Virus record (IMG/VR): IMGVR_UViG_3300020044_006011
Coordinates: 1 to 34,687 of that record
DNA: 34,687 bases
From: a virus
Lineage: Duplodnaviria; Caudoviricetes
Reading direction: 5' to 3' (one strand)
The notes below the pieces were generated by a model, which was not told the DNA's origin, ran no database searches, and saw nothing but the letters and a program-made list of their open reading frames with translations. Below are positions 8,780-16,744 of this stretch, piece by piece; the stretch's first letter is position 1; each line of letters opens with the position of its first letter. The position numbers and the translations under genes were made by a program.

Positions 8780-9451
8780 CTAGCCGTCTATGGCGGGGCG
8801 TGCGGCCAGTAGCAATTGGCGCAATTTGTCCCGTTGTTCCGGGTCCAGCGCGCGGGCGTCCAGCGTTAGGCTGTTATTATTCACCGTGACACTAGGCGGC
8901 GGGGCTTTGCTTTCCGCATATGCGCCGGGATTGAGTCTTTCGGCGTACCATTTGAGGGAATCCGTCACAAGCCTAGCCGCGCCAACCATAGCAGAATCAA
9001 TCGGTTTCTCCGACGTGGGGTCCAGCGCAAGGGCCATGAGCTTTTGGGGGACGGCCAACGCCTCCCCGAACGCCCAATCTGCCAAGGCTTGGCGCGCGCG
9101 TGCGTATAAAGCGCGCCGTTTGACGCCTTCTTCTCCCTCCTCCTCCAACCATCCCCGGAAAGTACTTCCCGCCAGTCCATGCGCCGCCAATGACTCTTTC
9201 AGGGGAATCCCGTTGGACATGTCATCGCATATGGCGTTGAAGCGTTCTTGCGTATATGTGCTTTTAGGTCCCCTCTTTCCCATAGTCTTTTCTAGCCCCC
9301 TGTCCCTTTCCGCTTTTATGGCAGGGACAGCCGCGCCAAGAATTGCGCGCCTTTGAGCGTCAGACGCCTTCACCGGGGGAAGCGGCTTAGTCAATTCCGC
9401 CGCCACGCTGGCCGGGTCCAATCGGACCTTCCCCTTATTGCGTCCCGCCAT
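8780..9451 (-). CDS. terS: Terminase small subunit
   Basis: RGPKSTYTQERFNAICDDMSNG HTH-like region, YARARQALAD and LKWYAERLNPGAY resemble P22/Sf6-type TerS; same strand as terL and upstream of it. Confidence 0.8.
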   Translation of the reverse strand: MAGRNKGKVRLDPASVAAELTKPLPPVKASDAQRRAILGAAVPAIKAERDRGLEKTMGKRGPKSTYTQERFNAICDDMSNGIPLKESLAAHGLAGSTFRGWLEEEGEEGVKRRALYARARQALADWAFGEALAVPQKLMALALDPTSEKPIDSAMVGAARLVTDSLKWYAERLNPGAYAESKAPPPSVTVNNNSLTLDARALDPEQRDKLRQLLLAARPAIDG

Positions 9452-9698
9452 TTGTCACGCCCCCTGCTATTCCATGCCAAGCGCGCCCTTGGCCCTTGCG
9501 TCCCGGCGTTCATATCCCCGCCAAGAAACGCCCAAAAAGAATTGCCACGCGGCCCGCCTTTTCAACGCAAGCCCATGATAACACAAGGGAACCGCTTTCC
9601 CGCTGGCACATTTGCCATGCAATGCCATTTCATGTTATGAGAATCGGGCGCGCCCGCTATGCGCGCTTTACTGTCACGCTAACGATAGGAAATAGAAC

Positions 9699-11252
9699 AT
9701 GACAACCGCAACGCTCCCCCGCTTGTCCGCCGCCGCCCGGTCCGCGCTCCGGTCCGCTCTTACGAGTCATCCCGATTGGGATTCCTATCGGACCCGCCTT
9801 GGCATAACGGCGGCGGACTTGCGCATAGACACCATGGCGCAAGCGGCGCACGCCCTTGGCATAGACGTTGAACGCTTGGCGGCGGACTATGCCAACGGCG
9901 CAACATGGCCGCATGACTCCGGCGCGGTCCATAATCTTCGGATGCGTTTTATAAACGCCTCGCACCAAATGGACGCCCGCCCCCGTGAATTGGCCGAATC
10001 CATCTTTGCCACGTCCAGCGCGAAACAAGCCGGAAACATGACGGCGCGCCAATTCGTGACGATTGAGTCCATTTGTCGGGAAGCGGAAACGGGGGAATCC
10101 TCTTTCCGCCGCCGCCGCCGTTCCAATCGGACGGGCGGCCATACGGGGGACGCTGAAAAGGAATACATGGACGCCATGCGCGCGCAAAAGGAACAAGAAG
10201 ACGCCGACGCCCGCGCCAAAGAATTGGCGAAAAGTTTCTATTTCGCGCGCGCTGGCAATGAGGAGTCCGCCGCCCGTGACAATGCCACGGCGGACGCTAT
10301 GAACGCCGGGACCGCCCCGCCGCCGCCCCCGAAGCCCGCCCCCGTGACAAGCGGCGCAGCGGACCTTGCGGGCGCAATCGCCGCCGCTATTCAAGCGGCC
10401 CTTGCCAATTCCATGAACGCGGACGCAATCGCCGCCCTTGTCGACTCGCGCATCGCGGACGCGCTTGCGGGCCATGGCGCGGGGACTCTCAAGGTCCAGT
10501 TGACGGACACAAGCGGAAACGTCCGCGCGACAACAGGGCTTGTCCATAAATCATTCGGGGACCTTGTGCGCATCGCCGCCGCCCGCAAGGCGGACGGAAA
10601 GCCCGTCAATATATGGCTGGCCGGTCCCGCCGGTTCTGGCAAGACTCATGCGGGCCATGCGCTGGCCGATTTATTAGGAATACCCTTCTATGGCATGGGC
10701 GCGAAACAGACCGGATTTGACGTGCTAGGCTATCGGGACGCGGGCGGCGCATATCACGGGACGCCATTTCGCCAAGCCTTTGAGCATGGCGGAGTCCTTC
10801 AACTGGACGAATTGGACTCGTGGGATAATGAAGCGTGCATGGCCCTGCAATCGGCCATTGCAAACGGCTTTTGCCAATTCCCCGACGCTATCGTCCCCCG
10901 CCATGCGGACTTCCTGCTAATCGCCGGGGCCAACACTTGGGGCCATGGCGCAACGGCGGACTATGTTGGCCGGACTAAACTGGACGGGGCGTTCCTAGAC
11001 CGTTTCGTCAAGCTTGATTGGACCTACGACGAAACGCTTGAGTCCGCGCTTTGCGGAAACGCTACATGGGCGGCGCGCGTCCAGCGGGCCCGCGCCAAGG
11101 CGTCCGAAGCGGGACTCAAGGCCATTATTTCCCCGCGCGCTTCTATTGACGGGGCCGCGCTCATTGCGGCGGGTTTCACGGCGGACCGGGCGGCGGAATT
11201 GACCTACTTGGCCGCGCTTTCCGCCGATCAACGCACCATTGTGGGGGGCTAA
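9699..11252 (+). CDS. AAA+ ATPase (MoxR/CbbQ/CobS-like) with long N-terminal extension
   Basis: Walker A GPAGSGKT, Walker B LQLDELD, sensor AGANT, LDGAFLDRF and ISPRA; AGGA RBS. Confidence 0.9.
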   Translation: MTTATLPRLSAAARSALRSALTSHPDWDSYRTRLGITAADLRIDTMAQAAHALGIDVERLAADYANGATWPHDSGAVHNLRMRFINASHQMDARPRELAESIFATSSAKQAGNMTARQFVTIESICREAETGESSFRRRRRSNRTGGHTGDAEKEYMDAMRAQKEQEDADARAKELAKSFYFARAGNEESAARDNATADAMNAGTAPPPPPKPAPVTSGAADLAGAIAAAIQAALANSMNADAIAALVDSRIADALAGHGAGTLKVQLTDTSGNVRATTGLVHKSFGDLVRIAAARKADGKPVNIWLAGPAGSGKTHAGHALADLLGIPFYGMGAKQTGFDVLGYRDAGGAYHGTPFRQAFEHGGVLQLDELDSWDNEACMALQSAIANGFCQFPDAIVPRHADFLLIAGANTWGHGATADYVGRTKLDGAFLDRFVKLDWTYDETLESALCGNATWAARVQRARAKASEAGLKAIISPRASIDGAALIAAGFTADRAAELTYLAALSADQRTIVGG

Positions 11253-11253
11253 C

Positions 11254-12111
11254 ATGAGAATCTTTGCACGTCCCGTTCCCGCCGTTGTGGCCGCTGAAAT
11301 TGGCCGAAAAGACGCCGTGACTCATTATGTCCTTGCGGACTCCCTTTCCGAAATGGCCGACGCGGCCATGGCAAAGGGCGTCCAGCAAGGCGGCGCGTCT
11401 AAATGGAACGGCGGGCTAGACCTTCCCGCCGCTTGTCGGACCATGCGGACCGGGGACCTATCATTTGTGGCGCGGTCCGACGCCTTGCTGGCCCGTTTCG
11501 AGAAATTCGCCTTCGCCGCCCCGACTAAAGCATGGCGGCGGGACGTGGCGGGCGCGGTCCCGAACGTCCCGGCGTTCATAGCGGGGAATCCCCAAGCCAT
11601 GCGCCGCCGGGTCCGCCTTGTCTCCGAAGCGGCCCCGCTGGCCGTTGTGGTGGATTTGACGACTAGCAGCAACATAGAAGCGCGCGACATAGAACGGCGC
11701 GGGGCGGCGATTCTGGCCCTTGTCCGCGTGCTATCGGCGCGCCGTCCCGTGGAATTATGGGCGGGCGCGTTCACGGGCGCGGACGGGGACAAAAATGGTT
11801 GCGCCATGTTCGCGCGAATTGATACGTCCCCGCTGGACCTTGCGCGGGCCGCGTTCGCGTTTGTCTCCCCCGCTTATCCCCGACAAGCCCTTTATAGCCT
11901 AGCCCGCTCTTTCGGATTCGCCGGAAACTGGCCCTTTAAATCACATACCGCTTCCCGCCATTTTCTGGACGATTTAATCCGGCCCGCCTTCCCCCACGTC
12001 GGGGACGTGCTAGCCCTCCCCGCCCTTTATGCAACTGACCTTGCGGCGCGGGACCCTGAAACGTGGATTGCGGAAACGCTTGCCACGCTGGACGCCCGCG
12101 CCGCCGCTTAG
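11254..12111 (+). CDS. Putative vWA-like partner of the AAA ATPase
   Basis: ATG lies 1 nt after the AAA stop. LAVVVDLTTS is a strand plus degenerate MIDAS (DxTxS), followed by a helix and PVELW strand. AAA/vWA pairing is established for MoxR-type ATPases. Confidence 0.6.
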   Translation: MRIFARPVPAVVAAEIGRKDAVTHYVLADSLSEMADAAMAKGVQQGGASKWNGGLDLPAACRTMRTGDLSFVARSDALLARFEKFAFAAPTKAWRRDVAGAVPNVPAFIAGNPQAMRRRVRLVSEAAPLAVVVDLTTSSNIEARDIERRGAAILALVRVLSARRPVELWAGAFTGADGDKNGCAMFARIDTSPLDLARAAFAFVSPAYPRQALYSLARSFGFAGNWPFKSHTASRHFLDDLIRPAFPHVGDVLALPALYATDLAARDPETWIAETLATLDARAAA

Positions 12112-12170
12112 ACCCCACGCCGGGCCCGTCCAGCAAGGGCGGGCCCCACGGGGGGCCGCAAGCCCGCCAA

Positions 12171-12590
12171 CGCCCGCCGCTATCGGGCCAACGCAAGGAG
12201 TCACGCTATGGACATTCGGACGCTTTCGGATTTTCGCCGCGCTATGCGCGCTGGCCCCTACGCTTGGCCGGGGGGCTATCCTGTTTATTTCGTCACGGCG
12301 GACGGGGCCGCGCTATCGTTTCAAGCGGCGCGGGACAATCGGCGCGAAATATTGGACGCCATAGCATCAGACGACAACGGCGGGGGCTGGCGCGTTGTCG
12401 GGGCGGACTTAGCATTAGAGGGGCCGCTATTCTGCGATCATACCGGCCAGCCGATTGAAACGGCATATGGGGACGTTGACTCCGATTGAGTCCCGCGCCG
12501 GTCCGGTCCCCGCCAAGGGCCGGACCCACGGGGGACTCAATGTCCGCCCCGCCCGCCGCTATCGGGCGCAACGCAAGGAGTCACGCTATG
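12171..12590 (+). repeat. 40/41-bp direct repeat carrying hairpin, RBS and ATG
   Basis: CGCCCGCCGCTATCGGGC(G)CAACGCAAGGAGTCACGCTATG at 12171-12210 and 12550-12590. Confidence 0.9.
12208..12489 (+). CDS. Hypothetical phage protein (AWPGGYP motif)
   Basis: 93 aa; AAGGAG RBS lies within the repeat. Confidence 0.8.
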   Translation: MDIRTLSDFRRAMRAGPYAWPGGYPVYFVTADGAALSFQAARDNRREILDAIASDDNGGGWRVVGADLALEGPLFCDHTGQPIETAYGDVDSD

Positions 12591-12881
12591 CAAACAGGGA
12601 ACAAGCCCCGCCCGCTTTTCGCCGTGGGGGACGTGGTAGCAACGCCCGGCGCAATGGACGCGCTGGACGGGGACCGCGCCTTAGCCGTCATGCTCTTGCA
12701 ACGCCATATGTGCGGCGATTGGGGGGACATATGCGCGGACGATAGGGGCGCGAATGAAGCGGCCCTTCGCCACGGGTCCCGCTTAATGAGCGTTTACAAT
12801 CTATTCGGCGGCGCGACCATATGGGCTATCACCGAAGCGGACCGAAGCGTGACAACGCTTTTGACGCCGGACGAATACTAG
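12588..12881 (+). CDS. Small RHxxGDWG...TEADRS...P-D/E-Y family protein
   Basis: 97 aa from the ATG in the second repeat. Motifs VATPGA, RHMCGDWG and TEADRSVTTLLTPDEY match a family I recall from plasmids and ICEs; function unknown. Confidence 0.75.
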   Translation: MQTGNKPRPLFAVGDVVATPGAMDALDGDRALAVMLLQRHMCGDWGDICADDRGANEAALRHGSRLMSVYNLFGGATIWAITEADRSVTTLLTPDEY

Positions 12882-12950
12882 CCCCGCCAAGGGCCCGTCC
12901 TGCCATGCGCGGGGCGGGCCCGCCATTACTAAACCCAAGCCATAGACTAT

Positions 12951-13018
12951 TGCCAAGCTCGTGACAACCATGGGCGTGACAATAGATGCTTGACCTATGC
13001 CATGACACGAGCTTGGCA
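12951..13018. repeat. 13-bp perfect inverted repeat
   Basis: TGCCAAGCTCGTG (12951-12963) and CACGAGCTTGGCA (13006-13018). Confidence 0.85.
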
Positions 13019-13060
13019 TTACCTAGCCCGCTGGCGGACGCGCGCGCCCCAACCGGCGGA

Positions 13061-13153
13061 CCGACTTGGTTGGTTGGTTGGTTAAACCGACTTGGTTGGT
13101 TGGTTGGTTGGTTGGTTGGTTAAAATAACTTGGTTGGTTTGGTTGGTTGGTTG
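13061..13153 (+). repeat. (TTGG)n tandem array in three blocks
   Basis: CCGAC(TTGG)4TTAAA, CCGAC(TTGG)7TTAAA, then ATAAC(TTGG)2T(TTGG)3; about 16 units. Confidence 0.95.
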
Positions 13154-13182
13154 TTGACACATGGCAGATTGCCATGTATGGT
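13154..13182 (+). promoter_or_regulatory. Sigma70-like promoter with a palindrome in the spacer
   Basis: TTGACA-N17-TATGGT; the spacer holds ATGGCA-GAT-TGCCAT. Confidence 0.65.
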
Positions 13183-13213
13183 TGGTTACGGTCCAATATA
13201 CCGGAGAAAAGCA

Positions 13214-13501
13214 ATGAACAATTTACCTTCTAGCATCGCAGACCTGTGCGGAATCATGATGAACGCCGCACCAAAGCCGGAGTCCGAGCGCGTGAAATAC
13301 GACAATCCAATCCAATGGACCGAAGAAGGAGACGGGACATTCACCCTTACCTATTTCGGCAAGGTGGTTGGTTGGATGAACAAGACCAAGCTGGACCATC
13401 GCGAAGGGAACGGTTATCGCGCCGTGTCATTACATGGAAACGTGCGGCTGTGTTGGTCACAGAACATGGCAAGGGATTGGCTGCTAGAGCAATACCACTA
13501 G
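13214..13501 (+). CDS. Hypothetical protein (95 aa), monocistronic
   Basis: GGAG RBS, ATG at 13214, own promoter and terminator. Confidence 0.75.
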   Translation: MNNLPSSIADLCGIMMNAAPKPESERVKYDNPIQWTEEGDGTFTLTYFGKVVGWMNKTKLDHREGNGYRAVSLHGNVRLCWSQNMARDWLLEQYH

Positions 13502-13527
13502 CAGCCATGGTTGAGCGTGACAGACTT

Positions 13528-13551
13528 GGGGGCTTCGGCCCCCCTTTTTTT
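13528..13551 (+). terminator. Intrinsic terminator
   Basis: GGGGGC-TTCG-GCCCCC followed by T8, at the convergence with the primase gene. Confidence 0.9.
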
Positions 13552-14476
13552 ATTTAACCACCGACAACCTTGGGCGCGGGTTGTTAGCCTCACGCACAAA
13601 CACGTCATTCCAATCCTCGCCAGCAATGGTTGGAATCTTTACCTCCACCTTGCGCTTGAATTGAACCTCCAAACGGTTGGCAAGGTGATACGCCTTGGCC
13701 TGTCCTGTATAGCTCGTGTCATTGTCACCAAAAACATAGACCTCCTCAGCAACCTCCGGCGGAACCCACTTGGACAACAGATTGCCATTCACACAAGCCC
13801 AAACTGGCATGTCAAACATGAGCGCGGCGCTGATGGCAGTCTCAATCCCTTCAGCCACGCCCATGCGGGCTTTGGCAGGGGCCAATCGGATCGCGCAGCC
13901 ATCTGGCAGCTTCCCCGGCATGACTTTTTTGGATGGTTCCACCTTGGCTTTGTTGCCGTCATGGTCAAGTAATGTGATGTGAACATTCACAGCCTTGTCT
14001 GTATGCGTGATAATCTTAGCCAGCATAGCTGGTTTGCGGTCATATTCTCGGATCGCATTAGACGGCCACAGACAGCCAACACGTTGTGACAGGTACCTGC
14101 AAACCGGACCATCCAAAACGGGCGTCCTACCCCCCTCCCAAGCCCGGCGAATGGCATTGTATTGGTCCACTTCTGTCTGGTTGATTGGTTTACGTGTATA
14201 TTGCTGGTCAAGTCCTAGCAATATCTCCATAGCCTTGGCTATTTGGGAATATTCCTTACCCGTCACCCTCATGGCAAGGTTAAAGCCGTCGCCCGCCCCG
14301 CATTGGTTGCAGATGAAGCCGCCGTCTCCGTTCTGGTCATCAAACCTGAAACGGTCCTTGCCATGACAGATTGGGCAAGGGCCGTGCTTGTTGACAAGAG
14401 CTTGAGCGTTTACTCCCAGCGCGGGCAAGATCAGACGCCATTGACCACGCGCCGCCAGCTTCAGATCGTGGCTCAT
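13550..14476 (-). CDS. DNA primase (Zn ribbon + Toprim)
   Basis: HGPCPICHGKDRFRFDD...CNQCGAGDG Zn ribbon; Toprim VAEGIETA and VFGDND. Confidence 0.9.
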   Translation of the reverse strand: MSHDLKLAARGQWRLILPALGVNAQALVNKHGPCPICHGKDRFRFDDQNGDGGFICNQCGAGDGFNLAMRVTGKEYSQIAKAMEILLGLDQQYTRKPINQTEVDQYNAIRRAWEGGRTPVLDGPVCRYLSQRVGCLWPSNAIREYDRKPAMLAKIITHTDKAVNVHITLLDHDGNKAKVEPSKKVMPGKLPDGCAIRLAPAKARMGVAEGIETAISAALMFDMPVWACVNGNLLSKWVPPEVAEEVYVFGDNDTSYTGQAKAYHLANRLEVQFKRKVEVKIPTIAGEDWNDVFVREANNPRPRLSVVK

Positions 14477-15963
14477 GCGGCTTGCCCCGCCGCTTGCTGT
14501 TTCGCCTTAGCCTTGGCCTTCTTGATGTTGTAGTGCCTGATCCATGAATCGACCTCGTATGTCACCGCCCTAGCGTGAACCTTCAGCAGTGACGTGTCAG
14601 GGCCAACCTTAAACTTATCTTTGTATGCCCAGTACGCCCAGCCGGGCTTGTATCCCCGAAGATGAGCGTGCAGCAGGAGTTGGCTGTACCAGTCCTGCTT
14701 CTGCTCCATGGAATACTTCTCAATCTTTTGTTTTTTGCCCTTGGTGATCTCAAACAACTCGCCGTCATCCACTTCCACGTTGGCGGTCGGCTTGGGCTCA
14801 AACCCGCAGGATGGACAGACGCGCACCTTGGGCGGTTTCAGGAAGGCGCAGGACGGGCACTCTTTCGGCAGGATCACGCGCTTCTCAACGGTTGTGGTGT
14901 TCTTTTGGCCGTCATGGAGTTTTGCGTGGTGGATGTCCGTGACAAACCCAAGCCGCAGTGTCGTGTCACTATGGTCAAGGATAAGGCAATGATCTTTCCC
15001 CGGCGCAGTCCGCAATCCGCGTCCGATCATCTGCGTGTACAGGATTTCGGATTTGGTTGGCCTCGCCAGAATGATGCACCGCACGTCGGCGTCAAACCCA
15101 GTCGTCAGCACGCCCACGTTGCAGATGATCTTCGTCTCGCCAGTTTTGAATCGCTCAAAAGTACCGCGACGATCTTCATTCGGCGTAAACCCGTCCATGT
15201 ACTCGGCTGTCACCCCAGCCTCTTGGAACCGGGTGCAGATATGGGCGGCATGAACGCGGTTAACCGCGAAACAAATCGTCGGGCGGTTGTCAGCGCGTTT
15301 CAGCCACGTTGTCACGATGTCGGCTACAAGCGCAGACTTATCCATTGCCTTGGCTAGACCTTGGATTTCATAATCCCCTGCCACGGTCTTGACCCCCGCC
15401 AGATCAGGATGGGCCGGGGCAAAGGTGCGGAAGTCTGACAGGTCGCCAAGCCGGATAAGCTCCGAAGTCGTGGTTGCCACGATCAGATCGTCCCAGCGGC
15501 CCTTTGCCCCCATGCCCCTAGACCAAGGCGTAGCGGTCAGGCCAATAAACGGCACATTGGTCCAGCGTGAATCTTTCATCCAATCATCGTACAGCTTGAA
15601 CATGACATGGCACTCGTCCACGATCACCAAATCGGCGTCAGGGATTAAACGCCTCGCCAGCGTTTGAACCGAACAGACCTGCACGGGCTGATCGCGGTCA
15701 GTGAGTTCGTGCGCGCCCTGCATGACGCCAACCTCAGTGATCCCGTTCTGACGGAAACGCTCGACAGTCTGGTCAATCAGGCTGATGGCGGGAACGGTGA
15801 AGATCACGCGCTTGCCCTTTTCCCTCGCCATACGGACGATAGCAGCGGCGATCACGGTTTTGCCCGCCCCAGTCGGAGCCTGAACCACGGGGCGCTTGCT
15901 CCCACGGCCAAGAGCGCGCTTCAGTTCATCAATCGTATCTTTCTGGTATAGTCTCAGTTCCAT
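14473..15963 (-). CDS. SF2 DEAD/DEAH-box helicase with Zn ribbon
   Basis: LRLYQ, APTGAGKT, DECH, TATP, LTTGFD, QMIGRGLR, CPSC...CPSCG. Confidence 0.95.
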   Translation of the reverse strand: MELRLYQKDTIDELKRALGRGSKRPVVQAPTGAGKTVIAAAIVRMAREKGKRVIFTVPAISLIDQTVERFRQNGITEVGVMQGAHELTDRDQPVQVCSVQTLARRLIPDADLVIVDECHVMFKLYDDWMKDSRWTNVPFIGLTATPWSRGMGAKGRWDDLIVATTTSELIRLGDLSDFRTFAPAHPDLAGVKTVAGDYEIQGLAKAMDKSALVADIVTTWLKRADNRPTICFAVNRVHAAHICTRFQEAGVTAEYMDGFTPNEDRRGTFERFKTGETKIICNVGVLTTGFDADVRCIILARPTKSEILYTQMIGRGLRTAPGKDHCLILDHSDTTLRLGFVTDIHHAKLHDGQKNTTTVEKRVILPKECPSCAFLKPPKVRVCPSCGFEPKPTANVEVDDGELFEITKGKKQKIEKYSMEQKQDWYSQLLLHAHLRGYKPGWAYWAYKDKFKVGPDTSLLKVHARAVTYEVDSWIRHYNIKKAKAKAKQQAAGQAA

Positions 15964-16066
15964 TGTCTAGCTCCAGTCCTATATAGTACTCTACCTACTA
16001 ATATCAGTTCCCTATCTGGCGAGGTATGAGTCCAGTGTGTTGTCTGGTTCCCATTACTGTTTCTAT

Positions 16067-16108
16067 GTGACTGTGAGTCACCACCCTAGTGTCTATAAGT
16101 CACTACCC
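16067..16108. repeat. Iteron-like imperfect tandem repeat (22-bp period); candidate origin
   Basis: GTGACTGTGAGTCACCACCC and GTGTCTATAAGTCACTACCC at the end of the HTH replication-like gene. Confidence 0.45.
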
Positions 16109-16395
16109 CCCACGACCTTCAGCTTGGGCTTTTCAACCAGCTTCAGCTTGTACATATTGCTTGTGAAATGATTGTCCTTGATGCGCTGTTGAACGTCTAT
16201 CAACCCAAGCTCTCTGAGCTTCTTCAAGCACCGGACAACATGGCGGCGGCTTATCCCAGCCTCACGCGCAAGGGTTGCCATTGACGGCCAGCACTCACCA
16301 GAAAAGTTTGCCTTATTGGCGAGGACCAAAAGGACCATTTTGGGTAGGGTCGGGGCTTGTTGAGCAGCCGCCCAGCGCATAGCGTCAAATGACAT
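16093..16395 (-). CDS. Winged-helix protein resembling the N-terminus of phage replication initiators (HTH_36-like)
   Basis: KMVLLVLANKAN...CWPSMATLAREAGISRRHVVRCLKKL...SNMY; GGAG RBS. Confidence 0.8.
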   Translation of the reverse strand: MSFDAMRWAAAQQAPTLPKMVLLVLANKANFSGECWPSMATLAREAGISRRHVVRCLKKLRELGLIDVQQRIKDNHFTSNMYKLKLVEKPKLKVVGGSDL

Positions 16396-16419
16396 TTTAC
16401 CACTCCAGTTCGGAGCGGG

Positions 16420-16535
16420 TTGCAATTCTCACGATTTACGGTATAAACAGGATCGTCCAGACCGAAATCGCGGCTCACTCCCCGCGTTTCATTCCGAAGC
16501 CCGAATGGTTCCTGCCGTTCGGGCTTCATCTTTTT
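16420..16535 (+). ncRNA. Putative antisense RNA (promoter, two hairpins, U-tract)
   Basis: TTGCAA-N16-TATAAA; hairpin at 16464-16490; hairpin GAAGCCCGAA/TTCGGGCTTC at 16496-16527; then TCTTTTT. Confidence 0.4.
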
Positions 16536-16543
16536 AGACTACC

Positions 16544-16732
16544 CTATTCAGGCGTAGTAAGCAACTCTAACGCCTTGATAACACTATATGGTATGCGGCT
16601 TTCCCCCGATAACCACCTATAGAGAGTCCGCTCATTAACGCCGAGATAATCGGTCACTTCCGCATAGGTGTTGCCAGTTTTGTTCACCAATTCGCGGAGG
16701 TATTCCATTTCATCTTTTTGCTGTTTCTTCAC
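16544..16732 (-). CDS. Small XRE/Cro-type HTH regulator
   Basis: TYAEVTDYLGVNERTLYRWLSG. GGAG RBS favours GTG at 16732; alternative ATG at 16750. Confidence 0.8.
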   Translation of the reverse strand: MKKQQKDEMEYLRELVNKTGNTYAEVTDYLGVNERTLYRWLSGESRIPYSVIKALELLTTPE

Positions 16733-16744
16733 GTCTATTCTCCA

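Noticed and set aside
9604-9617. TGGCA-N4-TGCCA as a fourth operator
   Set aside because: The spacing is 4 rather than 3 and TGCCA is locally common, so it is left unassigned.
9657-10547. 296-aa minus-strand ORF
   Set aside because: Shadow of the AAA ATPase gene in high-GC DNA.
12171-12590. 40-bp direct repeats as a CRISPR array or integron attC sites
   Set aside because: Only two copies, 379 bp apart, each containing an RBS and ATG. No cas gene or integrase is present.
13023-13214. ORFs translated through the TTGG array (NQPT repeats; N-terminal extension from 13130)
   Set aside because: They are by-products of the simple repeat. Promoter and RBS support a start at 13214.
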